DNA from: Carcharhinus amblyrhynchos
Lineage: Eukaryota
Assembly: GCA_965287045.1 (NCBI GenBank)
Contig: OZ336885.1
Location: 64,914,001-64,978,000, forward strand
Direction: 5' to 3'
Length of the DNA stretch: 64,000 bases
Shown: positions 63,131 through 64,000 of the stretch, in pieces
How the letters are laid out: the number at the start of each line of letters is the position of its first letter
Numbering within the stretch: position 1 is the stretch's first letter
The notes under the pieces: generated by a model
Told to the model about the DNA's origin: nothing
What the model saw: only the letters and a program-made list of their open reading frames with translations
Databases searched by the model: none
Made by a program: the position numbers and the translations under genes

Positions 63131-64000
63131 ATAGAACATAGAACATAGAACATTACAGCGCGGAACAGGCCCTTCGGCCCACAATGTTGCGCCGACCAGT
63201 CTTATTTTTTAAAAAAAAACATTGGCCCACTAATCTAAACCAATCACTTTTCGTCCATAAACCTATCCACCAATCTCTTAAACGCCCCCAAACTAGGCGC
63301 ATTTACAACTGCAGCAGGCAGGGCATTCCAGTCCCTCACCACCCTCTGGGTAAAGAACCTGCCCCTGACATCCGTCCTATAACTACCCCCCCTTAATTTA
63401 AAGCCATGCCCCCTCGTGCTAGATTTCTCCATCCGAGGAAACAGGCTATCACCATCCACCCTATCTAAACCTCTAATCATCTTATATGTTTCTATAAGAT
63501 CCCATCTTAGCCGCCTTCTTTCCAGTGAAAACAACCCCAAATCCCTCAGTCTCTCCTCATAGGACCTCCCCTGCATACCAAGCAACATCCTGGTAAACCT
63601 CCTCTGCACCCTCTCCAAAGCCTCCACATCCTTCCTGTAATGTGGGGACCAGAACTGCACACAGTACTCCAAGTGCGGCCGCACCAGAGTTGTGTACAGT
63701 TGCAACATGACGCTGCGTCTCCTAAATTCAATCCCCCTACCAATAAACGCCAAGACACCGTACGCCTTCTTAACAACCTTATCTACTTGATTCCCAACTT
63801 TCAGGGATCTATGTACACATACACCTAGATCCCTCTGCTCCTCCACTCTATTCAAAGTCCTCCCGTTAGCCCTATACTCAACACATCTGTTATTCCTACC
63901 GAAATGGATTACCTCACACTTCTCCGCATTAAACTCCATCCGCCACCTCACGGCCCAGCTCTGCAACCTGTCCAAGTCACCCTGCAAACTTCGACACCCT
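63131..64000 (-). mobile_element. Young CR1/HER1 LINE, runs off the window
   Basis: (CATAGAA)n tail complement at 63131-63152; ORF2 C-terminus free of stops and frameshifts. Confidence 0.97.
63244..63999 (-). CDS. CR1 ORF2 reverse transcriptase C-terminal part (partial, open at window edge)
   Basis: QGDLDRL..WRMEFNAEKCEVIHFG..RDLGV..LYTTLVRPHLEYCVQFWSP..LFSLERRRLR..WNALP; frame is open to the end of the window. Confidence 0.85.
   Translation of the reverse strand, partial: GCRSLQGDLDRLQSWAVRWRMEFNAEKCEVIHFGRNNRCVEYRANGRTLNRVEEQRDLGVCVHRSLKVGNQVDKVVKKAYGVLAFIGRGIEFRRRSVMLQLYTTLVRPHLEYCVQFWSPHYRKDVEALERVQRRFTRMLLGMQGRSYEERLRDLGLFSLERRRLRWDLIETYKMIRGLDRVDGDSLFPRMEKSSTRGHGFKLRGGSYRTDVRGRFFTQRVVRDWNALPAAVVNAPSLGAFKRLVDRFMDEK

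Overview
Gene-poor vertebrate DNA, most likely from a cartilaginous fish (shark or ray): HE1-type V-SINEs, HER1/CR1 LINEs, Rex1-like LINEs and Penelope-like elements are all recognisable. I found no host protein-coding gene, and most ORFs in the track are spurious or transposon debris. The apparently unique DNA between the LINEs and SINEs is mostly very decayed Gypsy LTR-retrotransposon sequence with Gmr1-like domain order (gag-PR-IN-RT-RH). About 10-12 partial copies are present and all lie on the minus strand, apart from one small local inversion near 42.2 kb. Several copies share nested CR1/SINE insertions at the same junctions, so the array grew at least partly by duplication after those insertions. 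Other notable items are a ~126-bp tandem array (~13 units) apparently amplified from the PR-IN linker, a solo LTR with a 4-bp TSD, several hairpins and template-switch scars, Penelope ends with hammerhead-ribozyme remnants, and young CR1 copies. All family and domain calls come from manual translation and recalled consensus motifs, not database searches. Boundaries of old elements are approximate (about +/-50-100 bp).
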